Source: an uncultured Deinococcaceae bacterium
Lineage (GTDB): Bacteria; Deinococcota; Deinococci; Deinococcales; Deinococcaceae
Assembly: GCA_964252075.1 (NCBI GenBank)
Contig: CAXULY010000014.1
Span: 32,001-96,000 of the forward strand
DNA length: 64,000 nucleotides
Direction: 5' to 3'
Below the pieces are notes generated by a model that saw only the letters and a program-made list of their open reading frames with translations, had not been told where the DNA came from and did no database searches. The position numbers were made by a program, and so were the translations under genes. Shown piece after piece: positions 52,780 to 62,478 of the stretch (position 1 is the first letter of the stretch; every line of letters begins with the position of its first letter).

Positions 52780-54671
52780 CCACAGCGTCCAGACGCACGG
52801 ACGACACCCGCCCCGGCCCGCCCCGCGTCATCTGGGAGGCGCGGTTCCCCTGGGAGGGCGCGCGCCTCCTCGCGCACCTTGACGACCTCCCAGCGTCTCC
52901 CGGGCCGTTGCACGTGCAGGCGTTCGTGTCCGAGTCGCCCGAGGTGCGCGCCGCCCTGCGCGGCGACATCGCCCGGCGCCTGCCGGACGGCGCGGTCATC
53001 CGCGTGCGCAGCGCGTACAAGACCGGGTACTTCTGGCTGACCGAGGAGGTCCGGCCCCTGTGGCGGCGCCACCACGCCGACCACCTGACCGTCACGTACC
53101 CGGTGCAGCCCGACGTGCACGCGGGGCGCTTCCTGCAGGAACTGTACCCGCTGGCCGCCCTGCTGCGCGAAGACGGCCTGGACGTCACCTTCCAGCCCGG
53201 CGGTTCAGACCCGCAGTACCGGGCGGCGCTGTCCAGGAACGGGCGCGAGGTGTGGAGCGGGCGGTGCTTCGTGCCCCTGCACGGGCGCACCTCACCTGAC
53301 GGGCGACCCGTGCCGTGCCCCACGGGGTGGCTCACCGTGCGGTGCGGCGCGACGACGCTGCTCGACGCGCGCGTCGCGACGGACGCCGAACTGGTGTGGG
53401 CGTGGTACGAGGAGCAGGTGATGCCCGAGGTGCTGGCGCTCGCCGCGAGTCGACCCAGCCGCCCGTCCTTCCGGAACCTGACCGTCACCGCGCGCCTCTC
53501 CGAACCGGACGTGCCGCTCGGCGTGCTGAACGAACGCGCAAGCATGACCGAGGCGCTCTCCGAGGAGGTGTACTTCGGCACCCTGGACCTCCTGAAGCGC
53601 CACGCGCAGGTGGCCGTCACCGAACGCCACCTGACGCCCGGCCGCATCGCGCCGCTCATCGTGGCGGCCCCCCAGCAGGACGCCACGGCCAGCGCGGTCC
53701 TCACCCCCTGGGGTGACGCGGACGGACCCGCCGAACTGCCCCCCAGCGACGCGGCCGCGCCGCCACCCGCACGTTTAGGAACTACGGTGCCGCTGGCCGT
53801 CGCGCCCTGGACGCCCGAGGAACTCTGGGCGCAGACCCACGCGCAGGCGCGGCGGCACGCCCTGGAATGGCGCGTCCCCACCCTCAGCGTCCAGGGTCGG
53901 CCCGTGCCCGCCGTCCTGCGCCCAGGCACGAACGGCGTGCTCCTCACGGGCGGCCAGCACGCCAACGAAACCACCGGGCCCGTCGCCGCCGTGACCTTCA
54001 TCGGGCCGCTCGCGGAGAGCGGCGTGCCGTTCGCGGCGCTCCCCCTCGAGAACCCGGACGGCGCCCACCTGCACCGCACGCTCATCCGCGCCAACCCGGA
54101 GCACATGCACCACGCCGCGCGGTACACCGCCCTCGGCGACGACCTCGAAGCCCGCCTGCGGACGCAGCCCCGCTGGGAGACGCGGGGTCGCGTGTGGGCG
54201 GCGCAGGCCGTCGGCGCGGCGCTGCACCTGAACCTGCACGGCTACCCCGCGCACGAGTGGACCCGCCCGTACAGCGGGTACGCCCCGTATGGCTTCGAAT
54301 CGTGGGCCCTGCCGGCCGGGTTCGTGACGGTGCTGTGGCATCACCCGGGCCTCCAGGAGCGCGCGCTGGCCCTCGCGGACCGCATCGCCCGCCGCCTGCA
54401 CGACGAGCGGGACGTGGTGGCACACACCGCGCGGGCGTACGCGGCGAGCGCCGCGCACCTGCACAACCCGCACTACGTGCTGGTCCACGGCCTGCCCTTC
54501 GTGATCGCGGAGCGCGCCGCCGCCCTGTGCCCCCTCACCGTCATCACGGAAGCGCCGGACGAGACCATCTACGGCGCTTCCTTCGAGCTGTTCGTCCGCG
54601 CGCACCTCGCGGTGTGCACTGCAGCCCTCGACCTCCACCAGCACCCGGAGGGCGCCGCACGGAACGCCTGA
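52776..54671 (+). CDS. M14-family zinc carboxypeptidase-like protein with long N-terminal extension
   Basis: GQHANETTG (HxxE), ENPDG, LNLHGYPAHEW and TEAPDE motifs; ATGA overlap with the permease. Confidence 0.85.
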   Translation: MTTASRRTDDTRPGPPRVIWEARFPWEGARLLAHLDDLPASPGPLHVQAFVSESPEVRAALRGDIARRLPDGAVIRVRSAYKTGYFWLTEEVRPLWRRHHADHLTVTYPVQPDVHAGRFLQELYPLAALLREDGLDVTFQPGGSDPQYRAALSRNGREVWSGRCFVPLHGRTSPDGRPVPCPTGWLTVRCGATTLLDARVATDAELVWAWYEEQVMPEVLALAASRPSRPSFRNLTVTARLSEPDVPLGVLNERASMTEALSEEVYFGTLDLLKRHAQVAVTERHLTPGRIAPLIVAAPQQDATASAVLTPWGDADGPAELPPSDAAAPPPARLGTTVPLAVAPWTPEELWAQTHAQARRHALEWRVPTLSVQGRPVPAVLRPGTNGVLLTGGQHANETTGPVAAVTFIGPLAESGVPFAALPLENPDGAHLHRTLIRANPEHMHHAARYTALGDDLEARLRTQPRWETRGRVWAAQAVGAALHLNLHGYPAHEWTRPYSGYAPYGFESWALPAGFVTVLWHHPGLQERALALADRIARRLHDERDVVAHTARAYAASAAHLHNPHYVLVHGLPFVIAERAAALCPLTVITEAPDETIYGASFELFVRAHLAVCTAALDLHQHPEGAARNA

Positions 54672-54879
54672 AGGACCGTTCACTGATAAGGGTGCCGTGG
54701 TTTGGTCCGTTCCCTGGTGGGCGGGACGGGGCGAGGTACGTCCTCACTGAGCGCCGTACCCGCTCCAGCTATCAATTTTATGGCCACGGTGGCGCCCGGA
54801 TAGCCTACGTCGCCTCGCTCTGCGCTAAGTTTTCGCAAGGCCGGAATGGGAATGATGTATGGGTGTGCTTGGCAGCCCT

Positions 54880-55161
54880 GGCGGACCTCGTACGGCCTGA
54901 TTCACTCGGACCTGCGCGCTCCATAGGGACAGCAGGACGCGTCATGTCTTCGACCTAGAGGAATGCGAGTTCTACTGTTTCCTGAACGACGTCGCTTGGG
55001 GTCTCCTCAGCGCCTGCCCCCTCGGGGGCAGAAGGATCGGACGGCACTTCGCGCGAACGTTTCTCCATGCGCACTGGGAGGTGCTTCCTCGGCCTGAGCA
55101 CTGATTGGGGCGGCCGCATAAGCTGATGAAGCTGCGTGACGTGCTGATGCCAGGCGTGTAA
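54880..55161 (+). pseudogene. Relic of an APH/type-II-homoserine-kinase-like phosphotransferase (C-terminal lobe)
   Basis: YGLIHSDL (54891-914), frameshift, then HVFDLEECEFYCFLNDVA...PEH*LGRPHKLMKLRD. Confidence 0.6.
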
Positions 55162-55846
55162 TTGAGGCAACGAGCGAACGGTTCGATGAATGGGGTGGCT
55201 TTCCGGTCGTCAAGGGAGCCGTGGCCTGCGTGGCGAGCGGCAGGCCCGCGCTGACGCTCGACGAGGCGGACGAGGAGGCTGTGCGAAGGGAACGAATTCG
55301 GCAGGAGCACGAGTCACCGCGAGCCGCCCACCCGCGTGAGTTGCGCTGCGCCTGGTTACCCTAACGCGCGATTCTCGCCGGCCATGTCTTGAAAAAATGC
55401 GGGCTTCAAGGCGGCAGAGCGTGTGACGGACAACGCGAGGGCGTGTAGACGGGTCGCTCGTTGCGCGTGTGCGACCACTCAAGATTGGTAAAGGTGCCAA
55501 CAGGTCGGTCGCTTCTGACACCTCACCCTAGGAGAGTGCTCAGGATGCACGGAAGACGGCCCGATTGGTCTTCGCGCTTCCACCGTCTTCAAAGATCGAG
55601 TACCCACGCACCGCGAACCGTGCAGGATAGGCGATGGGCAGCAGAATGCGGTTGGCGGCGCTAAAGCAGGGCCGCTGCACGTATAAAAAAGCAGTCCAGC
55701 TTAAGGAACCGAGCGGTACCAACATGGTGAAGCGCATTGGACTTCGCCCTCTCGCCTCTCATGGATCACATAATTCACAGGTAATCTGTCGCCATCCAAC
55801 CGCCCGTGCAAGGCTTTTGTGACAGGTGAATCGTCACACTGCCGAT

Positions 55847-56083
55847 ATGGTTTCCTTCTCGCGGTACCTGCGGCAGTGGCAACGCACGTCCAACACGGCG
55901 CAGGTCCTGGCCACCTTCAGGCCGGGCGCGCCGCTCCTCAACGTGGGCGACGAGGTGATGTTCTCCGTCATCCACTTCAAGGTGGAGCGGATCGTGACGA
56001 GCACGCTCGCGCACGGGCAGACGGTGCTGCTCCGCCCGCGCGAGCAGGCGGGCAAGGTCAGTCGGGGTCAGGCCGCCCGCTGA
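55847..56083 (+). CDS. Small hypothetical protein (78 aa), member 2 of the four-copy family
   Basis: GAPLLNVGDEVMFSVIHFKVERIV core; CACACT-N6-ATG upstream. Confidence 0.6.
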   Translation: MVSFSRYLRQWQRTSNTAQVLATFRPGAPLLNVGDEVMFSVIHFKVERIVTSTLAHGQTVLLRPREQAGKVSRGQAAR

Positions 56084-56375
56084 GGGCCAGTCACCGGTCA
56101 CCCCGGCACGCTTTCTGCTGAAGCCGCTCAATCAGGTGGCGTCCCACAATGCAAGTGGTTCAGAGCTGACGCCTGCATTCGGTAGACGACCCGGTCGGTT
56201 CTCCTTCTGACTCGCCCCGCTTGCCATATGCCCGCACCAGCGGAGAGGTTTCCCAGGCTAGAGCGTGGCCTGACGAGGGCTTGCGGGACGTCATGAACGT
56301 GATCGGGCACCTCGCTGTCCTCACGACCACAAATGTCGTGGGTCGGGAATTATTCCCTCCTAAGATGGGCATGAG

Positions 56376-56675
56376 ATGACGATCGAGATCAGCCTTCTGA
56401 GGGCGTTCCCACAGGGCGTGGTGGGCTTGCGGGAACTCCTGGCGCTGCTGCCCCCGAACATCAACGCCAAGTCCGCCAGCGGTCAGCTGCGCTTCATGAC
56501 GGCGTCCAGAATGGTCCGCAACTGCGGGCGAGGACGGTACGAGCTGACGGATGCTGGGAGGCTCGCCCAGGTTGCGCTGCCCCACCCACACGGGGCAGCG
56601 CAACCTGGGGTCGCTTCACATGTGGGCACGAAACCTGGGCCCCGCTCCCCTGGTCGCTTCGCTGACGCCGACTGA
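56376..56675 (+). CDS. Small winged-helix-like protein (99 aa)
   Basis: GLRELLALL...SASGQLRFM...MVRNCGRGRYELTDAGR wing motif. Confidence 0.55.
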   Translation: MTIEISLLRAFPQGVVGLRELLALLPPNINAKSASGQLRFMTASRMVRNCGRGRYELTDAGRLAQVALPHPHGAAQPGVASHVGTKPGPRSPGRFADAD

Positions 56676-56761
56676 CACCGATCGGTCATATACTTTTGTA
56701 TGAAAGCAAGGCGGCCTCACGTTGGGACCACGGCGCACGCGCGGTTGGTGAGGCCAGCCCC

Positions 56762-56974
56762 GTGACCGGGCACGACGTGATTGCCGTGCAGGAACTCCCG
56801 GACGCAGAGGGCGGCCGGCTGTTCCTGCTGACGCTGCGGGCGGGCGGCACCGTGCCACGCATGATGGACCGCCTCACGCACGACCAGCAGACGTACCTGA
56901 TCGTGGGCCTCGTTGACCCAGGGGAGCAGGGACCGGTCGTGCTGGCCCTCCTGCAGGCCGCGCGCACGGATTGA
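56762..56974 (+). CDS. Small hypothetical protein (about 70 aa), member 3 of the four-copy family; start uncertain
   Basis: Clear similarity to 12888-13091. Confidence 0.65.
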   Translation: MTGHDVIAVQELPDAEGGRLFLLTLRAGGTVPRMMDRLTHDQQTYLIVGLVDPGEQGPVVLALLQAARTD

Positions 56975-57049
56975 CAAGCGCGCCCCGACCAGAGCGTCAC
57001 GATAAAAATGACATGGGCGGCCCGCCGCCCTTTCCCTACAATCGGGTCC

Positions 57050-58099
57050 ATGGAACGACCTGGGCGCCGGACTTCCGGACTCGACGCGGAAGGCTGGCGC
57101 TACCGCTTCTACCTCATCGTCACGGCGCTCGCCTGCCTCGGCGAGACCACCGTCGCCGTCCGTGACGCCCTGCACCCCCGCCCCGGCATCGCCATGCCGT
57201 GGGAGTCAACCTTCGGCGCCCTGTTTTGCGCCGCGTTGCTGGTCACCCTCCTGATGCGCCGCGTGCCCCTGCGCGCGCTGGACCTGCTCGTCACCCTGAT
57301 CGTCTCGGTCGTCCTGGTGATCGAGCTGCTCGAGAGCTTTCAGCAGGCCGCGCCGCCCCGCCTGCGGCTGTACTTCATCGCGTTGTTCGTGATTCTGTCC
57401 GTGGTGACCAACCTGCCGGTGCGCGCGGCCCTGGCGTGGGTGGGCACCATCATGGCGGCGCTGGTGACGCTGGTGCTCACGCGCCCCGGCCCCGTGGACG
57501 CCACGCTGCTGATCGAGATGGGCGTCGTGGTGCTGCTGATCCTGCACCTGGCCTTCTTCGGCCGTCAGGTCAGCAACGAGCGCCTCGAAGGACAGCAGTA
57601 CCGGCAACTCGCCTTCACCGATCCCCTCACGGGGCTGGACAACCGGCGGGCCATGTACGACCACCTGGAGGCAGCGTTCCGGAATTTGCGCCGGGGCACG
57701 CCCTTCGCGGTGGTGCTGCTGGACCTGGATCACTTCAAGGCGATCAACGACCAGTACGGGCACGGCACCGGCGATCAGGTGCTGCAACAGGTCGCGCGCA
57801 TCCTGCAGGGCGGCCTGCGGGAGGACGACCACGTGGCGCGCTGGGGTGGCGAGGAATTCCTCCTCGTGCTGAACGACGTGAGTGAGGAGCAGGCGGGCCG
57901 GACCACCGCACGCCTCTGGCACGCCGTGCGCGAGGCGCGGACCGGGGCGCTGCCGCGCTTCACCGCGAGTTTCGGCGTGGCGACCGCCCGCCCGGAGGAC
58001 GGGGTGAGCAGCCTCCTGCAGCGGGCGGATGTTCGGCTGTACGAAGCGAAAGCGCTCGGCCGGGACCGCTGGCAACTGGGGGCACCGCAGGGCGCGTGA
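57050..58099 (+). CDS. Membrane-anchored diguanylate cyclase (GGDEF)
   Basis: About 6 TM; DPLTGLDNRR, DLDHFKAINDQYGH, REDD I-site and RWGGEEF; leaderless TACAAT-N7-ATG. Confidence 0.95.
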   Translation: MERPGRRTSGLDAEGWRYRFYLIVTALACLGETTVAVRDALHPRPGIAMPWESTFGALFCAALLVTLLMRRVPLRALDLLVTLIVSVVLVIELLESFQQAAPPRLRLYFIALFVILSVVTNLPVRAALAWVGTIMAALVTLVLTRPGPVDATLLIEMGVVVLLILHLAFFGRQVSNERLEGQQYRQLAFTDPLTGLDNRRAMYDHLEAAFRNLRRGTPFAVVLLDLDHFKAINDQYGHGTGDQVLQQVARILQGGLREDDHVARWGGEEFLLVLNDVSEEQAGRTTARLWHAVREARTGALPRFTASFGVATARPEDGVSSLLQRADVRLYEAKALGRDRWQLGAPQGA

Positions 58100-58169
58100 C
58101 CGCCACCCTGAGCAGTGAACGGAGCTGCCCTCCACCAACAACTCTGCCCGCGCTGGCTCGCGCCATGCG

Positions 58170-58545
58170 CGCGGATGTCTCAGGCAGGCCGCCGGCGACC
58201 TCGCGCGCGGTGTCCGGCAGCGTGCCCAGGTCCACCAGACCCAGGGTTTGGAGGTGCGCGACAGGTGCAGCACCGCGTCATTCAGGGTGTTCCTGTGGGC
58301 ACTGGCGTCCCAGATGACCTTTAGAGACTGCGCCTCCTTGTCGTCCAGCCGGTCCCTCAGTGACGTCCGCAGCAACTCGTTGAAGCCCATCATGTGCTGC
58401 ACGGGCGTGCGCAGGTCATGGCTGACACTGTACGTGAACGCCTCCAGCTCCTCATTCGCCGCCTCCAGCACCCGCGTGCGGGCGTCAAATCCCGCGCGCT
58501 GCTGGCTGTGCGCGCGGCGATCGATGGCGATGCCAAGGCCTTAGC
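58170..58545 (-). pseudogene. Fragment of a histidine kinase (HisKA region only)
   Basis: NEELEAFTYSVSHDLRTPVQH...RLDDKEAQSLKVI, near-colinear with 15776-18478, then frameshifted; no ATPase domain. Confidence 0.8.
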
Positions 58546-58738
58546 TCACCGCCGGAAGGTGCTGCGTCCGCGCGCGCCTGCGTGGACGCCATGTTGAACA
58601 GGCTGTGCGGCTCACCCTGCCTGAAGTGCGAGGAGCGCGCCCGCCCAGCAACGCGGCGGGTGGTTCCTTCACCGCACGGGCGGGGTCAGCCACGCTGCGC
58701 CTCACTGTGCAGCCCTTGATCCTCCAGGTGAGGCGCCG

Positions 58739-59569
58739 TCATGCGCGCGCACCCCACGGTGCGGGGCGTTGACCGTGCACGTCCAGCAGGTCCAGCAGGG
58801 GCCGCACCAGCGCCTCCACCCGCGCGGGCACGTCCGGCAGGGTCGTCGAGGTAAAGGACAGCAGCTGCTCGATGTGCCGCTCGAAGTTCGCGGGCACCAG
58901 CGGGAGCGTGGCGGCCACCGCCACCAGCCGCTTCGCCCCCGGGTGGAGCGTGCGGTTCAGCGCGAACAGCACGTCGAAGTAACTCTCCATCAGCAGCGCC
59001 AGCTGCGCGTTCACGACCACCAGATCGCCCCGCCGGACGCCCAGCGCCACCTGGCTGGGGCGGCTGTAGATGGCGCCGGACAGCAGCGGCACATTGAGCG
59101 CCAGGATGGCCTGGGCCAGCCCCTCCGGGTACGGGCGGGTGGCGCGCGCCTGCAGCGCGGCGAACCAGCCCTCGCGGTCGAACAGGGTGCGGGACGTCAG
59201 GATGTTCTGCCAGATGGCCGTGGAGTTCCCCTGGCGCGCCTCGAAGCGGTCCAGGAGGTACGTCACGTGGTCCTCGAACGACTGCACCGGGCGGAACATC
59301 ACATCAATTTCGGTGCCGGTGTCCGCCTCGATCCACACGTCGCCTTCCTCGGCGAAGTGATCGCCGATCTCCCAGCGCCGGGCGCGCGCAGCAGCGATCG
59401 CCTCACGCGGCCCCAGGGGCACGGGCTCCCGGCTGTACACGTACAGGTCGATGTCCGAGGCGGCGTCATTGCGGCCGACGGTGCGTGAGCCGCCCTGCAC
59501 CACCGCGAGGACCTCGGGAATCTGGGCGTAGATTGCGGCAATCTCGGCGGGCAGATTGGTTTCAGCCAT
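58739..59569 (-). CDS. Nucleotidyltransferase-domain / DUF4037-like protein
   Basis: GGSR..G.ND..SDIDLYVY Pol-beta motif; SYFDVLFALNRTLHPGAKR C-terminal block. Confidence 0.85.
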   Translation of the reverse strand: MAETNLPAEIAAIYAQIPEVLAVVQGGSRTVGRNDAASDIDLYVYSREPVPLGPREAIAAARARRWEIGDHFAEEGDVWIEADTGTEIDVMFRPVQSFEDHVTYLLDRFEARQGNSTAIWQNILTSRTLFDREGWFAALQARATRPYPEGLAQAILALNVPLLSGAIYSRPSQVALGVRRGDLVVVNAQLALLMESYFDVLFALNRTLHPGAKRLVAVAATLPLVPANFERHIEQLLSFTSTTLPDVPARVEALVRPLLDLLDVHGQRPAPWGARA

Positions 59570-60173
59570 GCCCCAGCATGCACGCTGGAATCGCTTCGCC
59601 GCGTGTTGGGGCAGGGGAGAGGCGGTGTTCCGGTGGTGAACGGCGCTCCCTGCGGACAATCGTGGCGCCACGATCCATTCCCTGTCGCCCTCGGGTAAAG
59701 CGACGGGCTGGGTATGGCGGGCGGAGGTGGAGCACACTCAGGCGTGCGCTTGGTGCCCATGGCGCTGTGCCGCATGTCTCCTCCGGGAGCACCAGGCGAC
59801 CAGTGCCACCACATGGGACCTCATTACTTCAGGGAGGGTGGTGTACGGCATGTCACCCGCCCACTTCCGTCTGTATGCAAGAGGCGGCGCGTTCGTATTT
59901 CAAGGCCGTCAGGCGGTTCGCTGAAATCGCAACCGTTGCTGAAGCTCGCCTGAGGTCAGAACCACCGACTTTGAGCACGGCGAAGAATTCAAGGCGCGCT
60001 CGGCCCGCACACCCGGTTCCGCCTTCGTGCCCGCTCACTGTCTCCACCCAGCAAAGCGTCACCAGTGGGGCGTTCAGGTGCGCGCCAGCCGCGACGACCC
60101 AAGTCCGTTCTCGCCGTCCCTCCGCCACCTGCAGTTGAGGTCGGACCGGTGCGGTGGCTGCTCGGGCCCGCGT

Positions 60174-60932
60174 TCAGTCCGGGGACGACTCCGCCCTCAA
60201 CGTGCGCAGACCGGTCTCCTCCATGGTGCGGGCCACATCCGCGTCGTCCGTGACCAGGGCGTACAGGCGCGCGAGGGGCGCCACAAGATGCGGCGCGATC
60301 TGCCCGGCCTTGCTGGAGTCCGCCAGCACCACGGTCCGGTCCGCCGCGTCCAGCATCGCGCGTTTGACCGCCGCGTCCGCATCGGAGACGGAGGTCAGCC
60401 CCTGCGCCGGGTGCACCGCGCAGGCGCCCAGGAAGGCCCAGTCGGCCCGTCGGCGCGCCAGGGTGTCCAGGGCGCTGGCGCCCACCAGGTACCGGGAGCG
60501 GGTGTGCCAGTCCCCGCCGGTCAAACTGAGCTGCACGTCGCGGTCGGCGATGAACACCGCCGCGATGTCGAGGGAGTTCGTGAGGACGCTCAGCGGCCGG
60601 ACGCGCAGGTGGTGGGCCAGTTCGAGCACCGTGGAGCCTGCGTCGAGGATGACCGAGTCCCCGGCGTGCACGAGTTGCGCGGCGCGCGCCCCGATCCTCG
60701 TTTTTGCCTCGGACTGGAGTGCGGCGCGGTCATTCCAGGCCATGCGGCTCGCGTCGAGCGTGACCGCGCCACCGTGCGTCTTGTGCAGGAACCCGCGCGC
60801 CGCGAGCGCCTTGAGGTCGCGGCGGATGGTGTCTTCGGACACCCCGAGGGTGCGGGCGAGGTCCGGCACGGCCACCCGACCCTCATGGCCGAGGGCCGCC
60901 AGGATGCGCTGCTGACGTTCAGGCGCGAACAT
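60174..60932 (-). CDS. DeoR/GlpR-family regulator
   Basis: VSEDTIRRDL, THGGA, ILDAGST and LADSSK motifs. Confidence 0.95.
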   Translation of the reverse strand: MFAPERQQRILAALGHEGRVAVPDLARTLGVSEDTIRRDLKALAARGFLHKTHGGAVTLDASRMAWNDRAALQSEAKTRIGARAAQLVHAGDSVILDAGSTVLELAHHLRVRPLSVLTNSLDIAAVFIADRDVQLSLTGGDWHTRSRYLVGASALDTLARRRADWAFLGACAVHPAQGLTSVSDADAAVKRAMLDAADRTVVLADSSKAGQIAPHLVAPLARLYALVTDDADVARTMEETGLRTLRAESSPD

Positions 60933-60960
60933 GCTGCCTTCAGTGTACCGCCCGCAGCCC

Positions 60961-61000
60961 TTGCGGTTTTATGCTTGATTCTGCGGGAATCTGCCGATTA
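60961..61000. promoter_or_regulatory. 10-bp-period direct repeats, candidate DeoR operator
   Basis: ttgcggtttt atgcttgatt ctgcgggaat ctgccgatta between the divergent deoR and MFS. Confidence 0.55.
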
Positions 61001-61010
61001 GACTGCCGGT

Positions 61011-62162
61011 ATGTCCCTTGAGATGGCCAGGTCCTCCGGCCCTCCCCGACGCCTGGCGGTCCTCGCGCTCGGGGCCTTCCTGCTACTTGGCCTGCTGTAC
61101 CCCATCCTCGGTCCGGCCCTGCCGCAACTCAGTGCGCGGTTCGGTCTGCGCGCCACAGGCGCCTCCCTCCTGCTGAGCGTGAATTCCGCGGGCGCGTTCA
61201 TCGGCGTGGTCACGGCGGGCCTCCTGTCCGCCCGGCTTGCGCCCGAGCGCCGGGCCCTCACCGCGACCCTCATCCTCGCTGCGGGCTGCGCGGCGCTCGC
61301 GGTCGCGCCGACCTTCGCGCTGGCCCTGCTGGCGGCCGCGCTCGTCGGCCTGGGGTTCGGCATGCTGGACCTCACGATGAACGTCTGGGTCTCCACCCGG
61401 TACGGCGAGCGCAGCGCCGCCGTGCTCAACCTGCTGAGCGCCGCGTTCGGGGTGGGCGCCGTCCTGGCCCCGCTGGCCGTGGGCCTTTCGGACGGCCACG
61501 TCCGCGTCCCCCTCCTCAGCTGCGCGGTGCTCGCCGCCGCCTTGCTTCTGCCCCTGCTGAGCATGCCGCGCGCCGCGGTGCAGGCGCCCGCGGAACCGGG
61601 GCTGCCCGCGGGAGGCTGGCGGCCATCCCGCGTTCTCCTGGGGGGCTTCGTGCTGCTGTTCCTCGCGTACGTCGCGGTGGAGGGCGGCGTGGGCGCCTGG
61701 GAGGTGACGCACCTGCGTGAGGCCCTGGGCCTCAGCACCGCAACCGCCGCGCAACTCTCCGCGCTCTTCTGGGTGAGCTTCACAGCGGGGCGGCTCATCT
61801 CCGCGCCCCTCGCGCTGCGCCTCGCCCCGGCCGCGCTCGTCACGGGCGCCCTGACGCTCGCCGCCCTCAGCCTGGCCGCAGCGGCCCTTCCCGGGGCGGC
61901 CCCAGCCGCGTACACACTCACCGGCCTGTTCCTGGCTCCGGTGTTCACGACGGCCCTGGTGTGGCTCACCCGCGTCCTGCCGGGCGGCGCCGCCCCAACC
62001 TTCGTGTTCGCGGGCTCGTTCCTGGGTCCCGTGGTGTTCTCACCGCTGGTCGGCGTGACGCACGACGCGTTCGGACCGGCGGCCATCCCCCTGACGCTGC
62101 TGGGCATCACCCTGCTCGCCCTCGCCCTCGGCCTGTGGCTCCACCACCGCCTGCGGCACTGA
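61011..62162 (+). CDS. MFS transporter (FucP/TsgA-like, 12 TM)
   Basis: LNLLSAAFGVGAVLAP, YVAVEGGVGAW and FW..FTAGRL motifs; leaderless TAGACT-N6-ATG. Confidence 0.9.
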   Translation: MSLEMARSSGPPRRLAVLALGAFLLLGLLYPILGPALPQLSARFGLRATGASLLLSVNSAGAFIGVVTAGLLSARLAPERRALTATLILAAGCAALAVAPTFALALLAAALVGLGFGMLDLTMNVWVSTRYGERSAAVLNLLSAAFGVGAVLAPLAVGLSDGHVRVPLLSCAVLAAALLLPLLSMPRAAVQAPAEPGLPAGGWRPSRVLLGGFVLLFLAYVAVEGGVGAWEVTHLREALGLSTATAAQLSALFWVSFTAGRLISAPLALRLAPAALVTGALTLAALSLAAAALPGAAPAAYTLTGLFLAPVFTTALVWLTRVLPGGAAPTFVFAGSFLGPVVFSPLVGVTHDAFGPAAIPLTLLGITLLALALGLWLHHRLRH

Positions 62163-62268
62163 ATCACTTCCCTGAAGCGGGACAGGAACGCAACACCGGG
62201 TGTCAAGAATCTGGAGTTCGCGACCGCTCATGTCGGGAGGCAGTGCAGCGGGTTGAGCCTGACTGGCT

Positions 62269-62478
62269 TCAGCGGAGCGGCGCGCGCCGGAAAATCGCGA
62301 TGGCGCCCAGGCTTCCCGATGCGGCCCACACCAGCCGGACCACGACGTAATGCCAGTCATTCCAGTTCAGCTCATCGTCCGCCCGTGGGCTCGGCGCACC
62401 CAGCGCGTACAGGACCGTGACCTCGTTCGCCTCGGGGCCGTTCCTGACGCGCTGAATGTGGGCGGACTGCAGAATCAC
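62269..62478 (-). CDS. Small hypothetical protein (69 aa), member 4 of the four-copy family
   Basis: GAPSPRADDELNWNDWHYVVVRLV core; CAGACT-N5-GTG upstream. Confidence 0.6.
   Translation of the reverse strand: MILQSAHIQRVRNGPEANEVTVLYALGAPSPRADDELNWNDWHYVVVRLVWAASGSLGAIAIFRRAPLR

Noticed and set aside
55818..55838. CRP/DdrI-type site
   Set aside because: The TGTGA and TCACA half-sites are 11 nt apart rather than 6, so it is kept only as an unassigned inverted repeat.
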